This document shows positions 35,146 through 45,720 of a stretch of 61,743 bases of DNA, piece by piece (within the stretch, counting starts at the first letter, position 1; each line of letters opens with the position of its first letter). The DNA comes from a virus (taxonomy: Duplodnaviria; Caudoviricetes). The notes under the pieces are model-generated. The model was not told where the DNA came from and ran no database searches. It saw nothing but the letters and a program-made list of their open reading frames with translations. The stretch lies in the IMG/VR virus record IMGVR_UViG_3300047560_001038, positions 1 through 61,743 of that record. The stretch is one strand, 5' to 3'. A program made the position numbers and the translations under genes.

Positions 35146-36026
35146 GTATAACAAATGAACTCTACCTGAATAATAGACAGGCATATAAGAGACCCCAAGC
35201 AATGCTATGGTCTGAGACACCTGGCACAACATATAATTCACTATACTTTCCAATCCCTGCTGGTTACGAGTTTGGCTCAGATGTCCCCACTGGCGAATCT
35301 GCAAGCTTTTTGATCCTTTCAGACCACAATAGATCACCGCTTGACCTAAGTACGAATCGTATTGAAAAGCGTTCACGTATGGTAAATGCAAGAATGAGGT
35401 CTTACCATGTTGCAGACAAAAAGACTTTGACAGTATCTTGGCAAATGCTTCCTTCACGTTCACACAAAGAGGAGCCATCATTTGTTGCAGATGTTCCAAT
35501 GATTATTACAGGAATCAGCGTTGATAATACAAACCCACCAGTTAGCGTCATTACTGTAACAACTGAGGACGATCACAACTATGTCGCAGGAGACATCATT
35601 TCTATCGTTGGTGTAAATCCATCACAGTTTAATTTTTCCAATGTAGAGGTAAGATCGGATATAACAAGCAATACTTTCAGCTTCGAATCAACACTAGTTA
35701 CAGCAGTATATGTGGACGGTGGAGAATCGACAAGATCATCTGTTGGAACTACTGCCTTGCGTAGAACAAAAGACGAGTATACAGTTGATGGTGGAGCAGG
35801 TGGGGTAGAGATGCTGGACTGGTACGAGAATCACACAGGGTCATTCTATGTTTTCCTAGCATACGATAAATACAACAACCTTGCAAACGATGACAGGGAC
35901 GGCCTTGATGGATATAATGAAGTTCTAGAAATGTTTATAACAGATTTCAACTATACAGTGGTACAGCGAGGCACTGACCCCAAGCATGACTTCTGGAACA
36001 TATCTGTTACACTAGAAGAGGCATAA
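35142..36026 (+). CDS. Minor tail (distal tail-like) protein with an inserted beta domain
   Basis: Follows tape measure; WNISVTLEE terminus; ITVTTEDDHNYVAGDIISIVGV insert. Confidence 0.65.
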   Translation: MSITNELYLNNRQAYKRPQAMLWSETPGTTYNSLYFPIPAGYEFGSDVPTGESASFLILSDHNRSPLDLSTNRIEKRSRMVNARMRSYHVADKKTLTVSWQMLPSRSHKEEPSFVADVPMIITGISVDNTNPPVSVITVTTEDDHNYVAGDIISIVGVNPSQFNFSNVEVRSDITSNTFSFESTLVTAVYVDGGESTRSSVGTTALRRTKDEYTVDGGAGGVEMLDWYENHTGSFYVFLAYDKYNNLANDDRDGLDGYNEVLEMFITDFNYTVVQRGTDPKHDFWNISVTLEEA

Positions 36027-39000
36027 TGTTTGTAAATGATAATCTTAAATCCTATCTTGAAAACTCCCCAGTAGTTGAGGCGAGTCCATTAATCGTTGCT
36101 GAAATTAATATGAATTCGGCAGATAGAATTGCAAAGATTGGAAACTATCGCTATAGACCAAATGATATAGGCTCAGATTATCACTCAATTGCTACAACTT
36201 ACGATAGCACAGACGCTGACAATAACTACACTGGTGCAACAGATTCAGATGCACTGATCGACGGCGGTACTGATGAAAATGATAACCCAATTGCCTATTC
36301 AAGCATTCAGACTAATAAGCAACTATATTACTCACTAGAAGATTGCTTTGGAAAGTTTAGACCACGCTCTGGTATTAACAAGGCTATGTGGTTTGGTGGA
36401 CAGCCTGGCAAGTATGTTGGTTATGACAACTCAAGCATGATGCGACGACCTCGTTATTATATGGCAAGCAAAGACGATAAGTTTAAATACTGGACATCAA
36501 TGCGAACTGAAAATGGAATTGAGTATGGAGTTTCTGCCTTAGACAAGAGCATTACAGATACTGCACCTTTTGTTGTATATAATGAAAAAATTCCAACTAA
36601 CAGAATCATTCTCAAAATGCAAACAAATGTTGGCGATGTAGATCTTGGACCTTTTACACGCTCAAATTTGTCAGGAACATTTGAAGACCCATTTTATGAT
36701 GCGACAGATGAACTTGTAAATAGAACGGTCCCCACTATCTGGAGGGTTGAGTACTTAGACGCTACTAATACATGGAATACCCTGTTAGACTTTGGGTCTG
36801 AAATCTTTGATGTACCAAGAGATGGATATGTTGAGATAGGATATTCAGGTGGTAACTGGACCATCGGTGAAGAGAGCATTACTGATTCAACAGCCTTTAT
36901 GAAGGATTTCATTTCTCCAGTAGAAATTGATACAGACAAATACGAAGAGTTTCAGTATATCTATGGGCTAAGAGTTGTTGTAGATGAAATGAGTAAGTCA
37001 GACGCAGCATTTGACCTGATTGAACTTTCTCCAAGACTTGCCATCGACCTGACAGAGATTACAACAGATTTTAGAATTAGCAAGATAGCATCAGATCTTG
37101 GCGTTAGCGGTATGCCTGTAGGACAACTCCTAGCCTCTACAGGCTCTATTACAATCGCTGACTATGAAGATGCGTTCAATGCACTAAATGCAGACAGCGT
37201 AATTGCAAACTTCATTGGAAAGAACATTCAGATAAAGTTCTATGAAATAATTACAGATGCTACCACAAACTATTATGTACCAGTAAAAACTTTATACGCA
37301 CAATCATTCCCAACATTTAATGTTAATGAAAGAACTGCAAGTATCGATTTAAGAGATATGTACACATACTTTGAATCAGTTACAGCCCCACAAATTTTAT
37401 TAAAGAATGTATCATTTAGCTATGCCATAGCAATGCTGTTAGACTCAGTTGGATTTACTAATTACATTTATTATAGGGTAGATGGTGAAGACGATCCGAT
37501 CATCCCATTCTTCTTTATTTCTCCAGAAAAAACGGTAGCTGAAGTTTTGGCAGACCTAGCCATCTCAACACAAACAGCCATGTTCTTTGATGAATACAAC
37601 AATCTTGTTCTCATGAGCAAGAACTATATTATGCCAGCACTTGGAGAAAGATCTACAAATGTAGACCTAGTTCTTTATGGAACAAAAGATTTTGAAAAGC
37701 GTAATGAGCTTGCTGGATATCACGATGGAACAACTCCACTAGCAAATATTATCGATATTGCTGCTAAGGACAATACAGTTTTTAATGGCGGAACCATTAC
37801 ATACTCGGCAAGGTACATTCAGAAGAGCTACCAAAATATAAAACAGGCCAGCCTTGTTGATAGAGATAAGACCTGGATTTACAAGCCAGTTCTTCTGTGG
37901 GAGGTAGCAGGAGAAGAAACAACAAAATCAGTCAACGAAGATGATGCAAAACAAAGTTCATTCACTCTCTCTGCAATTCCACTCAACTCAGATTTGTCAA
38001 AGGATGTTCCTTATGTGGATGCCAATGGAGATGTAAAGAACAACATTCTTGATCTTGGAGATGGCGTTTACTGGATGGGTAGATATAATGGCTACTTCTA
38101 CTCTGGCTCGGAAATAATTCGTTTCGATGCCGTTGAATATAACATTAGTCAGGAAAAGGTTGTAGCTGCAGATGTACAGGCTATTTCTGTAAATGGCACA
38201 TCAAATCTAATTATTGAAGATGACACAGTAACTTCAAGCTTATTGGAAGGACAAAAGATTGTACAAACAGGTGCATATTCAAGATCTTTGTCTGGTAAAA
38301 AAATATCTGCAACTTTATCTGGGACAGACACATTAACACTTTCTTCTGCAGACAATGCCCAAGATCTTTTTATCGGTCAGAATCTTACAAAGATTTCAGA
38401 CCCAGACCTAACATTCAAGAACATTAAATTTGCCTACCCAAACTATGTGATTCTTGACAAGGACGATGATAAGGCAATAACAGAAAACCTTTATTTAGAC
38501 TGCAGCGTTTCAGCAGGAGACACAGTTCCATATCGTACTACACGAGAATATATATTTAAACTTACAAAAAATCACAATGACATAGTTGTAACCTCTGCCG
38601 AAAAAAATGCCTACAACGTTGCACTTCCAGATTTAACGCCAAAACAACTTGGTGAAATGATGCAAGAAGAACTTGATAGCGTAAACAGTGGAGAACTTAG
38701 AAAAATTGAGCCAGCAACTAGCGATAACGCAGAGGCAAAACTATACCTAGACGCATTGCCACAATCTCCAAAAGTAAAGACTGTTTATTATGATGCAAGA
38801 AAATCTACTCTAACAATAAGCTTAAAAGATAAAGCTAGAAAGACAGCAACAGTAAAAGTTAGAATTGTATCTATTCCAATTCAGTTGCCAAGTGGAGCAA
38901 GAATTGCATCATTTATGGGATCTGGAAAAGTAAAGTTAGATGGAAAAGAGTACCAGGGAAACAAGGTATTTACGATTGATAAAACATTCTCAAAAACTGG

Positions 39001-41914
39001 AACTAATGTGTTTGAAAAGACTCTAGTTGTTGGGCCAACTCAGGGGGTATTTGGATCAGGCCCAACCATTATTGAAAAGCTTTCTGACACATCCTATAAG
39101 TTAGACGTAAACCATGCATCAACAGGCTATGTTGTATTTAACGGAACAGATCTTCAAGAGGGTGAACTCAATGACAACATCGCATCGACACCACTAAGAA
39201 TCCAGTCTATTGACAAAACGAGTTCAAAGAAGATGACAATGAGTCTGCCACCAACCATAAGTGGTGGAGTTGTTTTTGATGTAAAGATTCCTTCTGGAAA
39301 TGTTTGGATTAGTTCTGTAGAAGAGTACCAAAGCTATTTTTCTAAGATTCCATTCGGCGGAAAGCTTTACCCAACAGGTCGTGTACGCATTTACTCAGAA
39401 CCGTTCATTGACGAAAACGGTCACAGAGTTCCTGGTGCTGTATCAAAGCATGGTCGTGGTCAATTTGGTACAACTATTCAAAGTCATACAGCAGGTCTGG
39501 CTAAGCACTGGTCAGACGATAATAACGTTGCTGGATGCTTTATGGAATCAAGAGAGCTATTTTCTCAGGTGGAACAGACAAGCTTTGTAATAGATACCAT
39601 TGTTCAGTCTGACGGCTACTCTTCAAATGGTGTAAATATCTATGTTGGAAATGTAGAAAATATTGTTAAGGGACAGCTTGTAACAGAAGACGATCCTGGT
39701 CCAACAGCAAAGCTTCAGGCAGACACCAAGGTTGTATCTGTTCCAAGTGATGCAAACGGAACTCCTACTGGATATATGGTTGTTGATAAAGCACCGACTA
39801 CAAGATTGCAGGGTGACGATCTTGTTGTTTCTTCAACAAAGCCAATGAGACAAATTGGAACAACTAACATAGTTCATGACGACATTGAAGAAACTCTAAA
39901 AAGAGTTAGTGTTTCTGCCTACCCATCTGCAAAATCTTATGCACAGAAAACAACCAGAAATGGAATTATGAGAAACTTCTTGTCAAGCTCATACTTTTCA
40001 GATACTGGAGCAAACAAGCTTTATTCAACACAGACTGGAACAATCCAATCATCTGCACTAATCATGAATGGTAGAGACTTCCCAGATTCTTCAGTAATTA
40101 AACCACTAGACTTTCTTTCGATGGTTACAAAAGATCTTTCCACAGAAATTGGCGGTATGTCAACTCACGTTGGAACAAGAGTTAGAATTGTTGGTAGAGT
40201 AGGAAACGATACTGATTCGCAAAGACCTGCTGGAGCAACTACATACTTTGCTGCATCAACAGCTAATGCTGATACACCAACCATTGTTGAAGGAGGTTCA
40301 GCTGGACTTGGAATCATGATTAATGATAACGGAAACCTAACAGGAATTACCAGTGGGTACTTCTATGAAATCATCGCACTTGATACAAACAATGTTAGTA
40401 AGTTTTCTAATGATGAAAACCTGGCTAATGTTGTCTTCTATAAGGTTGAATCTCCAGAAATTTATAGAGTAGTAAAGTCTGTAAAGGTAACAAAGGCTGG
40501 GAAAAAGTATAAGGCTATATACACACTTGATGATACTGGAAACTCCGTTGGCGGAAAAATGAAACTGAGAAAGAAAATGGGAGTAATCATTTCTGAAAAC
40601 GGAACATCGTCTGTTCCAGCAACACTTAGATTTGCCAAGGAAGACTTAAAGACAATTAAGAGTATTGGAAATACATCTAAGAATGTTACAACAATATCTA
40701 TTAATCTTGGAACATCTCTACCATCTGGCGTAACACTAAACACAACTTATACATTTGCTAATGGTAAGGTAGAAATTCCTGGAAAGCGTAAGGCTATCCC
40801 AAGACCAATGTGGAGTGGCTTCGCACCAATCCTTGTTGACGACGGACTCTTTACAGGACAATATAGAATTAGTGGTCAAGAAAATCAAACCGTCTATGAT
40901 CTTGCGGTTGAATACCAAGAAAATTACGAGGGTGGAACAAAGTTCTTGCTATACCTAAACAATAAAGTTATTGGTTCAGTTGTAGACCCAGAGCCATTGC
41001 CAAAGAAGAATAAGGTTGCCATGTTTGTACGTGGATCAACAAGGGCAATGTTTGAAAAGATTTATGCAATTCAGCCAAACAGTGAAGGTGACACAATTAA
41101 TCCTGCAGACACCCCATTGTCTGGATTTACAAATTTTGAAAAGCAAATGGATTCCGCATTTAGTAGCTACAAGAATCCAGAGCAGGTCTCTAGGTCGTAC
41201 CTTGAAGCGGTCAGCCCGATAAAGTCTCCAAAGAACAACATGTATCTAGATGAATTTGGATCAATCATGCGTGAGGCACACTACTTTAATGTTAAGTATG
41301 ATAAGGCTTACCCAGCATTCTATGCAACCCTTGCACCAACCTTTAATAAGCTTCAGGGGTATGCTATTGCTGGATTTACAGCAGGTGCTTATGGGGCAGA
41401 ATTCTTAATCTTCAACACAACGGATACAGTCGTCACCCTTGACTCTGAAACAGGAAACTACCTAAGAATTCTTGGGGTAACATTCACGCAGCAATCCGAT
41501 CATCAGCTAACCGTAGATGAATTCTTTAAGCAGAATAGTGATTTCTCACAGACAGAATTGGCTGGTAGTGACTTAGTGTTGGCTAAGCAGCAATATCAAG
41601 ATCTCAAGAGCAGCAGAATTACTTATGGTCTAAACGAGTTTAATATTAATGCACCATACATTCAAAGCCAGGATGCCGCAAACGCACTCATGAAGTGGAT
41701 GACATCTAAGATTATGAAGCCAAGAAAATCTGTTGGTCTAAATATATTCCCCAATCCAACAATTCAACTTGGAGATATCGTTACAATTGATTACTCAGTT
41801 GATGGTTCAGATCAAATTGTAGACAGTGCCTCAAGATTTGTTGTTTACAATATTGATTATTCAAGAAGTGCTGATGGTCCAGGAATGACGATATACTTAA
41901 GTGAGGTCAAGTAA
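36026..41914 (+). CDS. Large minor tail / tail tip protein
   Basis: 1962 aa; C-terminal NPTIQLGDIVTI hub motif. Confidence 0.75.
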   Translation: MFVNDNLKSYLENSPVVEASPLIVAEINMNSADRIAKIGNYRYRPNDIGSDYHSIATTYDSTDADNNYTGATDSDALIDGGTDENDNPIAYSSIQTNKQLYYSLEDCFGKFRPRSGINKAMWFGGQPGKYVGYDNSSMMRRPRYYMASKDDKFKYWTSMRTENGIEYGVSALDKSITDTAPFVVYNEKIPTNRIILKMQTNVGDVDLGPFTRSNLSGTFEDPFYDATDELVNRTVPTIWRVEYLDATNTWNTLLDFGSEIFDVPRDGYVEIGYSGGNWTIGEESITDSTAFMKDFISPVEIDTDKYEEFQYIYGLRVVVDEMSKSDAAFDLIELSPRLAIDLTEITTDFRISKIASDLGVSGMPVGQLLASTGSITIADYEDAFNALNADSVIANFIGKNIQIKFYEIITDATTNYYVPVKTLYAQSFPTFNVNERTASIDLRDMYTYFESVTAPQILLKNVSFSYAIAMLLDSVGFTNYIYYRVDGEDDPIIPFFFISPEKTVAEVLADLAISTQTAMFFDEYNNLVLMSKNYIMPALGERSTNVDLVLYGTKDFEKRNELAGYHDGTTPLANIIDIAAKDNTVFNGGTITYSARYIQKSYQNIKQASLVDRDKTWIYKPVLLWEVAGEETTKSVNEDDAKQSSFTLSAIPLNSDLSKDVPYVDANGDVKNNILDLGDGVYWMGRYNGYFYSGSEIIRFDAVEYNISQEKVVAADVQAISVNGTSNLIIEDDTVTSSLLEGQKIVQTGAYSRSLSGKKISATLSGTDTLTLSSADNAQDLFIGQNLTKISDPDLTFKNIKFAYPNYVILDKDDDKAITENLYLDCSVSAGDTVPYRTTREYIFKLTKNHNDIVVTSAEKNAYNVALPDLTPKQLGEMMQEELDSVNSGELRKIEPATSDNAEAKLYLDALPQSPKVKTVYYDARKSTLTISLKDKARKTATVKVRIVSIPIQLPSGARIASFMGSGKVKLDGKEYQGNKVFTIDKTFSKTGTNVFEKTLVVGPTQGVFGSGPTIIEKLSDTSYKLDVNHASTGYVVFNGTDLQEGELNDNIASTPLRIQSIDKTSSKKMTMSLPPTISGGVVFDVKIPSGNVWISSVEEYQSYFSKIPFGGKLYPTGRVRIYSEPFIDENGHRVPGAVSKHGRGQFGTTIQSHTAGLAKHWSDDNNVAGCFMESRELFSQVEQTSFVIDTIVQSDGYSSNGVNIYVGNVENIVKGQLVTEDDPGPTAKLQADTKVVSVPSDANGTPTGYMVVDKAPTTRLQGDDLVVSSTKPMRQIGTTNIVHDDIEETLKRVSVSAYPSAKSYAQKTTRNGIMRNFLSSSYFSDTGANKLYSTQTGTIQSSALIMNGRDFPDSSVIKPLDFLSMVTKDLSTEIGGMSTHVGTRVRIVGRVGNDTDSQRPAGATTYFAASTANADTPTIVEGGSAGLGIMINDNGNLTGITSGYFYEIIALDTNNVSKFSNDENLANVVFYKVESPEIYRVVKSVKVTKAGKKYKAIYTLDDTGNSVGGKMKLRKKMGVIISENGTSSVPATLRFAKEDLKTIKSIGNTSKNVTTISINLGTSLPSGVTLNTTYTFANGKVEIPGKRKAIPRPMWSGFAPILVDDGLFTGQYRISGQENQTVYDLAVEYQENYEGGTKFLLYLNNKVIGSVVDPEPLPKKNKVAMFVRGSTRAMFEKIYAIQPNSEGDTINPADTPLSGFTNFEKQMDSAFSSYKNPEQVSRSYLEAVSPIKSPKNNMYLDEFGSIMREAHYFNVKYDKAYPAFYATLAPTFNKLQGYAIAGFTAGAYGAEFLIFNTTDTVVTLDSETGNYLRILGVTFTQQSDHQLTVDEFFKQNSDFSQTELAGSDLVLAKQQYQDLKSSRITYGLNEFNINAPYIQSQDAANALMKWMTSKIMKPRKSVGLNIFPNPTIQLGDIVTIDYSVDGSDQIVDSASRFVVYNIDYSRSADGPGMTIYLSEVK

Positions 41915-42441
41915 TGAGTAATGGAAATAATTCTAACCAGGGGGCAAGCACAACAAGTGGTGTAACAACACCTGTAACACCTACCAGTCCATTCTTACCC
42001 AAGCCACTATACAAGTATGCAGAAAGTGGCATTAGAGTTGCAAGACCAGATATCATTGTTCCAAATGAAGAGCTTTCCGTTGAGGTAATGACGGATCTGA
42101 TCTTTGAAGAGATTGGTGGTCAAGAACTTCTAGAAACATCAAGAGCGGATCTGATTAATAGTTCTGCTAAAAATGTCTACTCTCCAATAACTAATCAGAA
42201 ACAGGTTAACTCACAATTCACTCCAACAAACATTCTTTCATCTCAGGGTGTCATGGCAAAAGCATCACTTGACCTTGAGCAATATATTCCAAAACTAACA
42301 AACTTTATAGAGACAAATGAGAGCGGATTTACAGTATCTTCAGAAGGAAAGCTTGAAATAAAGACAATTAATCTTGAGAACGGAGATATTGTAGAGGTAC
42401 AGGTATGGGGATACAGTGCCAATGATGCTACAATATATTAG
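41914..42441 (+). CDS. Minor tail-region hypothetical protein
   Basis: Coupled ORF. Confidence 0.65.
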   Translation: MSNGNNSNQGASTTSGVTTPVTPTSPFLPKPLYKYAESGIRVARPDIIVPNEELSVEVMTDLIFEEIGGQELLETSRADLINSSAKNVYSPITNQKQVNSQFTPTNILSSQGVMAKASLDLEQYIPKLTNFIETNESGFTVSSEGKLEIKTINLENGDIVEVQVWGYSANDATIY

Positions 42442-42449
42442 GGAGTAAA

Positions 42450-43667
42450 ATGATTACAAATACTGGAAAGTCCATTCTTGGCAAATACCTAATCGGTCAG
42501 GCACCAGCCTATGCCTCATATATTGCTGTTGGTTGTGGTGCAAAGCCATTAGCGTCAACAGATGCATTTGCAGATTATTCGTCAAAGGAAACCCTTGACT
42601 TTGAAATGTTTAGAGTTCCAATTACTTCAAGCGGCTATATCTCGGACGGTAGCACAACAAAGATTGCATTTACTGCAGAACTGCCAACAACTGAGAGATA
42701 TGACATAACAGAGATTGCTCTTTATCCAAGTAGCACAAACCCAATTGCTCAGGGATCAGACAGTAGAATGCTCTACACTTTTACCGAAGTTGAAAACTGG
42801 GAATATCATAATGCAACTGGAACAACAATTGTAACTGCTCCAGGAACTACCATTTCCACAAATAGTGTTATTGACCCTGTTGCCCTACCTAAATCATTTA
42901 TTCTATCATCAAATGATCTTTTGTTTGCAAACGAAGATAGATTAGATACTTATGAGAAACCAAGATTCCTAGAAAATACAATCCTTCTAAACGGAAGCAC
43001 ATCGTCTATTGTCCCAAATAGTGTGACTGGAGAATTTGAGGTTCAGGAAGACGATACTGATGGTCACATTCACGCAACTGGTCAGAACGTAAATTTCGAC
43101 AAGAATACAGCAAATGATGAACTAAAACTTTCTTTCTCTATTATTCCAACAGAATCAACAAACGTTCTTCCAGATAATGTTTATATAGTAATTCAATTTA
43201 CTTCGTCAGAGTCAACGTCTGTTGCTTCAGAATATGCAAAGATGCAGATCATGGTCACATCCGAAGATTTTGCAGACGGAAACTATTTTGTAAAAACAGT
43301 AAAGCTTGGTGGGGGGAAAACCACGGTAGATGGAAATGACTATTATATCGATTCACTATACAAGACATCACAGTTTAGCTGGGCTCAGGTAAGCACTGTA
43401 AAGGTGTACGCATGTGCAATTCGTGACGACGCAAATAGTGCCACCTCACCAGATGTTATTGACGAATTCTACATCGCACTTGATGGACTAAGATTTGAAA
43501 ACAAGACATCGCTCATTGCAAATCCACTCTATGGTCTTGTCGCATATTCTCCAGTTAAAAATGATATTGTTGGTGTTACTCCTGCAACTGGTGGACCAAT
43601 TGAAAAGAGCATTAATAGCAACAACATGATTGAGTTTAGATTTGGATTTGACGTTGGTGGTGCATAG
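42450..43667 (+). CDS. Minor tail protein
   Basis: MITNTGK...YIAVGCG...ITEIALY baseplate/fibre-attachment N-terminus. Confidence 0.7.
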   Translation: MITNTGKSILGKYLIGQAPAYASYIAVGCGAKPLASTDAFADYSSKETLDFEMFRVPITSSGYISDGSTTKIAFTAELPTTERYDITEIALYPSSTNPIAQGSDSRMLYTFTEVENWEYHNATGTTIVTAPGTTISTNSVIDPVALPKSFILSSNDLLFANEDRLDTYEKPRFLENTILLNGSTSSIVPNSVTGEFEVQEDDTDGHIHATGQNVNFDKNTANDELKLSFSIIPTESTNVLPDNVYIVIQFTSSESTSVASEYAKMQIMVTSEDFADGNYFVKTVKLGGGKTTVDGNDYYIDSLYKTSQFSWAQVSTVKVYACAIRDDANSATSPDVIDEFYIALDGLRFENKTSLIANPLYGLVAYSPVKNDIVGVTPATGGPIEKSINSNNMIEFRFGFDVGGA

Positions 43668-44167
43668 TGGCACAAGAAATAATCAAAAAGGCTATCGTTC
43701 TTAGAGAAGATCTCCCACCAGTTGGTCCAGAAAATAGCTATCTTGTAAGGTATCGTGTTGTGTCTGAAAAAGGTAATGCTGTGTCCGACTGGTCAATTCC
43801 TGTAGAAGTACAAGACCTACCTCTATCTTTGGTAGACGGAGACATCGATGTTTCTTCTGCAAAAACTGCAATCTCACTTACTTGGGGAGATGCAAATTTA
43901 AGACCATCCTATGATGTATATGTTAGGTTTGGAACTAACTCAGCAGTTGAGGGTGTTGATAGTGCAGAGTGGAAGTCTTGGTTCTATCACGGTACATCTC
44001 CAATCCATACCTACAAGTTCCTAATTCCTTCATCTGGAGATACTGTTCCAGGTAGTGGTGCAAAAAGGGTAGAGGTTCAAATCCAAGTAGCATCATCTGT
44101 AAAAGAACTACCAGAAACAATTATCAACGATACACTAAAAATATACCGTGGATACTCCACCATCTGA
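43667..44167 (+). CDS. Minor tail protein (Fn3-like)
   Basis: YLVRYRVV...SDWS and ISLTW motifs. Confidence 0.55.
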   Translation: MAQEIIKKAIVLREDLPPVGPENSYLVRYRVVSEKGNAVSDWSIPVEVQDLPLSLVDGDIDVSSAKTAISLTWGDANLRPSYDVYVRFGTNSAVEGVDSAEWKSWFYHGTSPIHTYKFLIPSSGDTVPGSGAKRVEVQIQVASSVKELPETIINDTLKIYRGYSTI

Positions 44168-44179
44168 TATAATTAGGAT

Positions 44180-44644
44180 ATGGCAAAACTACCAATTCCA
44201 CAAAGAGGTCAGCCTATCGACCTTTCGCTGATGTACGATATCATCAATTCAATTAACGAGCTTTATTCCACAGTAAGTCAGCGTGGATCAACATACGCAA
44301 AGCTTGCAACCTCAATGTCTGGTGTTTCTCCAGTAGATCTAAAGGTCAACAACATTAAGCTAGTTACTGGCTACACTGAAATTAGCAATCAGACAATTGC
44401 ATCAAACGCAACCCTGACATTCTCGGCACCATTTGAAACAGCAGCAGACTTCAAGACTCCACCAATTATAAGTGCGACTCTTCAGGCCAATAGCTCGTCT
44501 GCAGCATCTGCAAAGAATGCCACAGTAATTATTACAAACGTTACAACTTCTCGTGTTGAAGGACAGATCAACTTTGGAACTCTGTCACAATCAACCCAGT
44601 TCTCTGGTGCTGTACACATCATTGCTATCGGTCAACCAATGTAG
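44180..44644 (+). CDS. Minor tail protein
   Basis: FKTPPIISAT...VHIIAIG gp53-like/H-type-lectin-like C-terminus. Confidence 0.6.
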   Translation: MAKLPIPQRGQPIDLSLMYDIINSINELYSTVSQRGSTYAKLATSMSGVSPVDLKVNNIKLVTGYTEISNQTIASNATLTFSAPFETAADFKTPPIISATLQANSSSAASAKNATVIITNVTTSRVEGQINFGTLSQSTQFSGAVHIIAIGQPM

Positions 44645-44652
44645 GGCTGAGA

Positions 44653-45186
44653 ATGAAGTCTACACGAACAATGCAGGAGTACAATGCTGCTCCTATTGTG
44701 AAAGCAAATCAAAAAGTCTGGTTCCTTAACGGAGATCTTGTCAGGGTACATCACTTAAATAGATCTAACGGAATCATGTCTGTTTATAACATCATTAAAG
44801 ATCAAATTGAAAGCTGCTTAATTGCTGACTTTAAAAAGAAACGTGAAAGAGCATACACTGTTGGACAAACGGCAGATCTTGTAAACAGGAATAAAAAGTA
44901 TATGCCAGACCTTATGAAAAGAGGAGTAATTCCACATCCTCTTGGTAGCAGCAAGGGTGGGGTAACAGGATTTCAGATCCGTAGTTATTACTCAGAATCC
45001 CAAGTTAGAGACATTCGTGACATACTTGCTACCTATCACATGGGTCGCCCACGTAAAGATGGCCTGATTACAAATGACATCACTCCCTCACGACAAGAGT
45101 TGACAAGACGTATGGGAGATGGTATACTGACTTATACGATGACTGAAGACGGACGGTTCGTTCCCATTTGGTCGGAATCAATATAA
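44653..45186 (+). CDS. MerR-like HTH DNA-binding protein
   Basis: YTVGQTADLVNR...RGVIP...RSYYSESQV. Confidence 0.6.
   Translation: MKSTRTMQEYNAAPIVKANQKVWFLNGDLVRVHHLNRSNGIMSVYNIIKDQIESCLIADFKKKRERAYTVGQTADLVNRNKKYMPDLMKRGVIPHPLGSSKGGVTGFQIRSYYSESQVRDIRDILATYHMGRPRKDGLITNDITPSRQELTRRMGDGILTYTMTEDGRFVPIWSESI
45100..45128 (+). promoter_or_regulatory. Canonical promoter TTGACA-N17-TATACT (with TG extension) driving the replisome genes
   Basis: Consensus -35/-10 embedded in the 3' end of the 44653 gene. Confidence 0.7.
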
Positions 45187-45202
45187 TCCATAAGGAGAGA
45201 CA

Positions 45203-45412
45203 ATGGAAAACGAAAGCACTAAAATCAACGTTACGCTTGGTTATACACTTAACCTTGGTAACTTTCAGTCATTGCGTGTAGATTTGGGTATTGAAGACTC
45301 ACGCCGTGACGGAGAAAACATCAACGATGCCTTTGAGCGTGTATACAGCTTTGTAGAAGAAAAGCTTGCAGAAAAGGTTCGTGAAGCAGCCTCTGAAATC
45401 GAAGGCAAGTAA
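45203..45412 (+). CDS. Conserved small actinophage hypothetical protein
   Basis: LGYTLNLGNFQSLRVD motif; SD AAGGAG. Confidence 0.8.
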   Translation: MENESTKINVTLGYTLNLGNFQSLRVDLGIEDSRRDGENINDAFERVYSFVEEKLAEKVREAASEIEGK

Positions 45413-45720
45413 TGGCTGAACGCAAAGACCGTATGGCTTTGCTCAGTAGATACAACAAGTTGCACCTGCAACACTATGAAGCAAAGTCGTTGCTAAATCT
45501 AAACGTTGAGCAATGGGCTGCAGACGGACTAGTAGAGTCTTATGGTCTGCCATATTGCTACGACTTACTTGAGTATTTCTTCTCAGTAAGTCAGTCCCCA
45601 TCCTGGAAGTATTTTGCCAACAACGCAGACAAGATCATTGATGCACGAGACATGGCAAACCAAGACATTATCGATAGAGAACAACGCCGTAAAATGGCAA
45701 AGGAGTGGTTAAGTGAATGA
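45412..45720 (+). CDS. Hypothetical protein upstream of helicase
   Basis: Coupled ORF. Confidence 0.7.
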   Translation: MAERKDRMALLSRYNKLHLQHYEAKSLLNLNVEQWAADGLVESYGLPYCYDLLEYFFSVSQSPSWKYFANNADKIIDARDMANQDIIDREQRRKMAKEWLSE

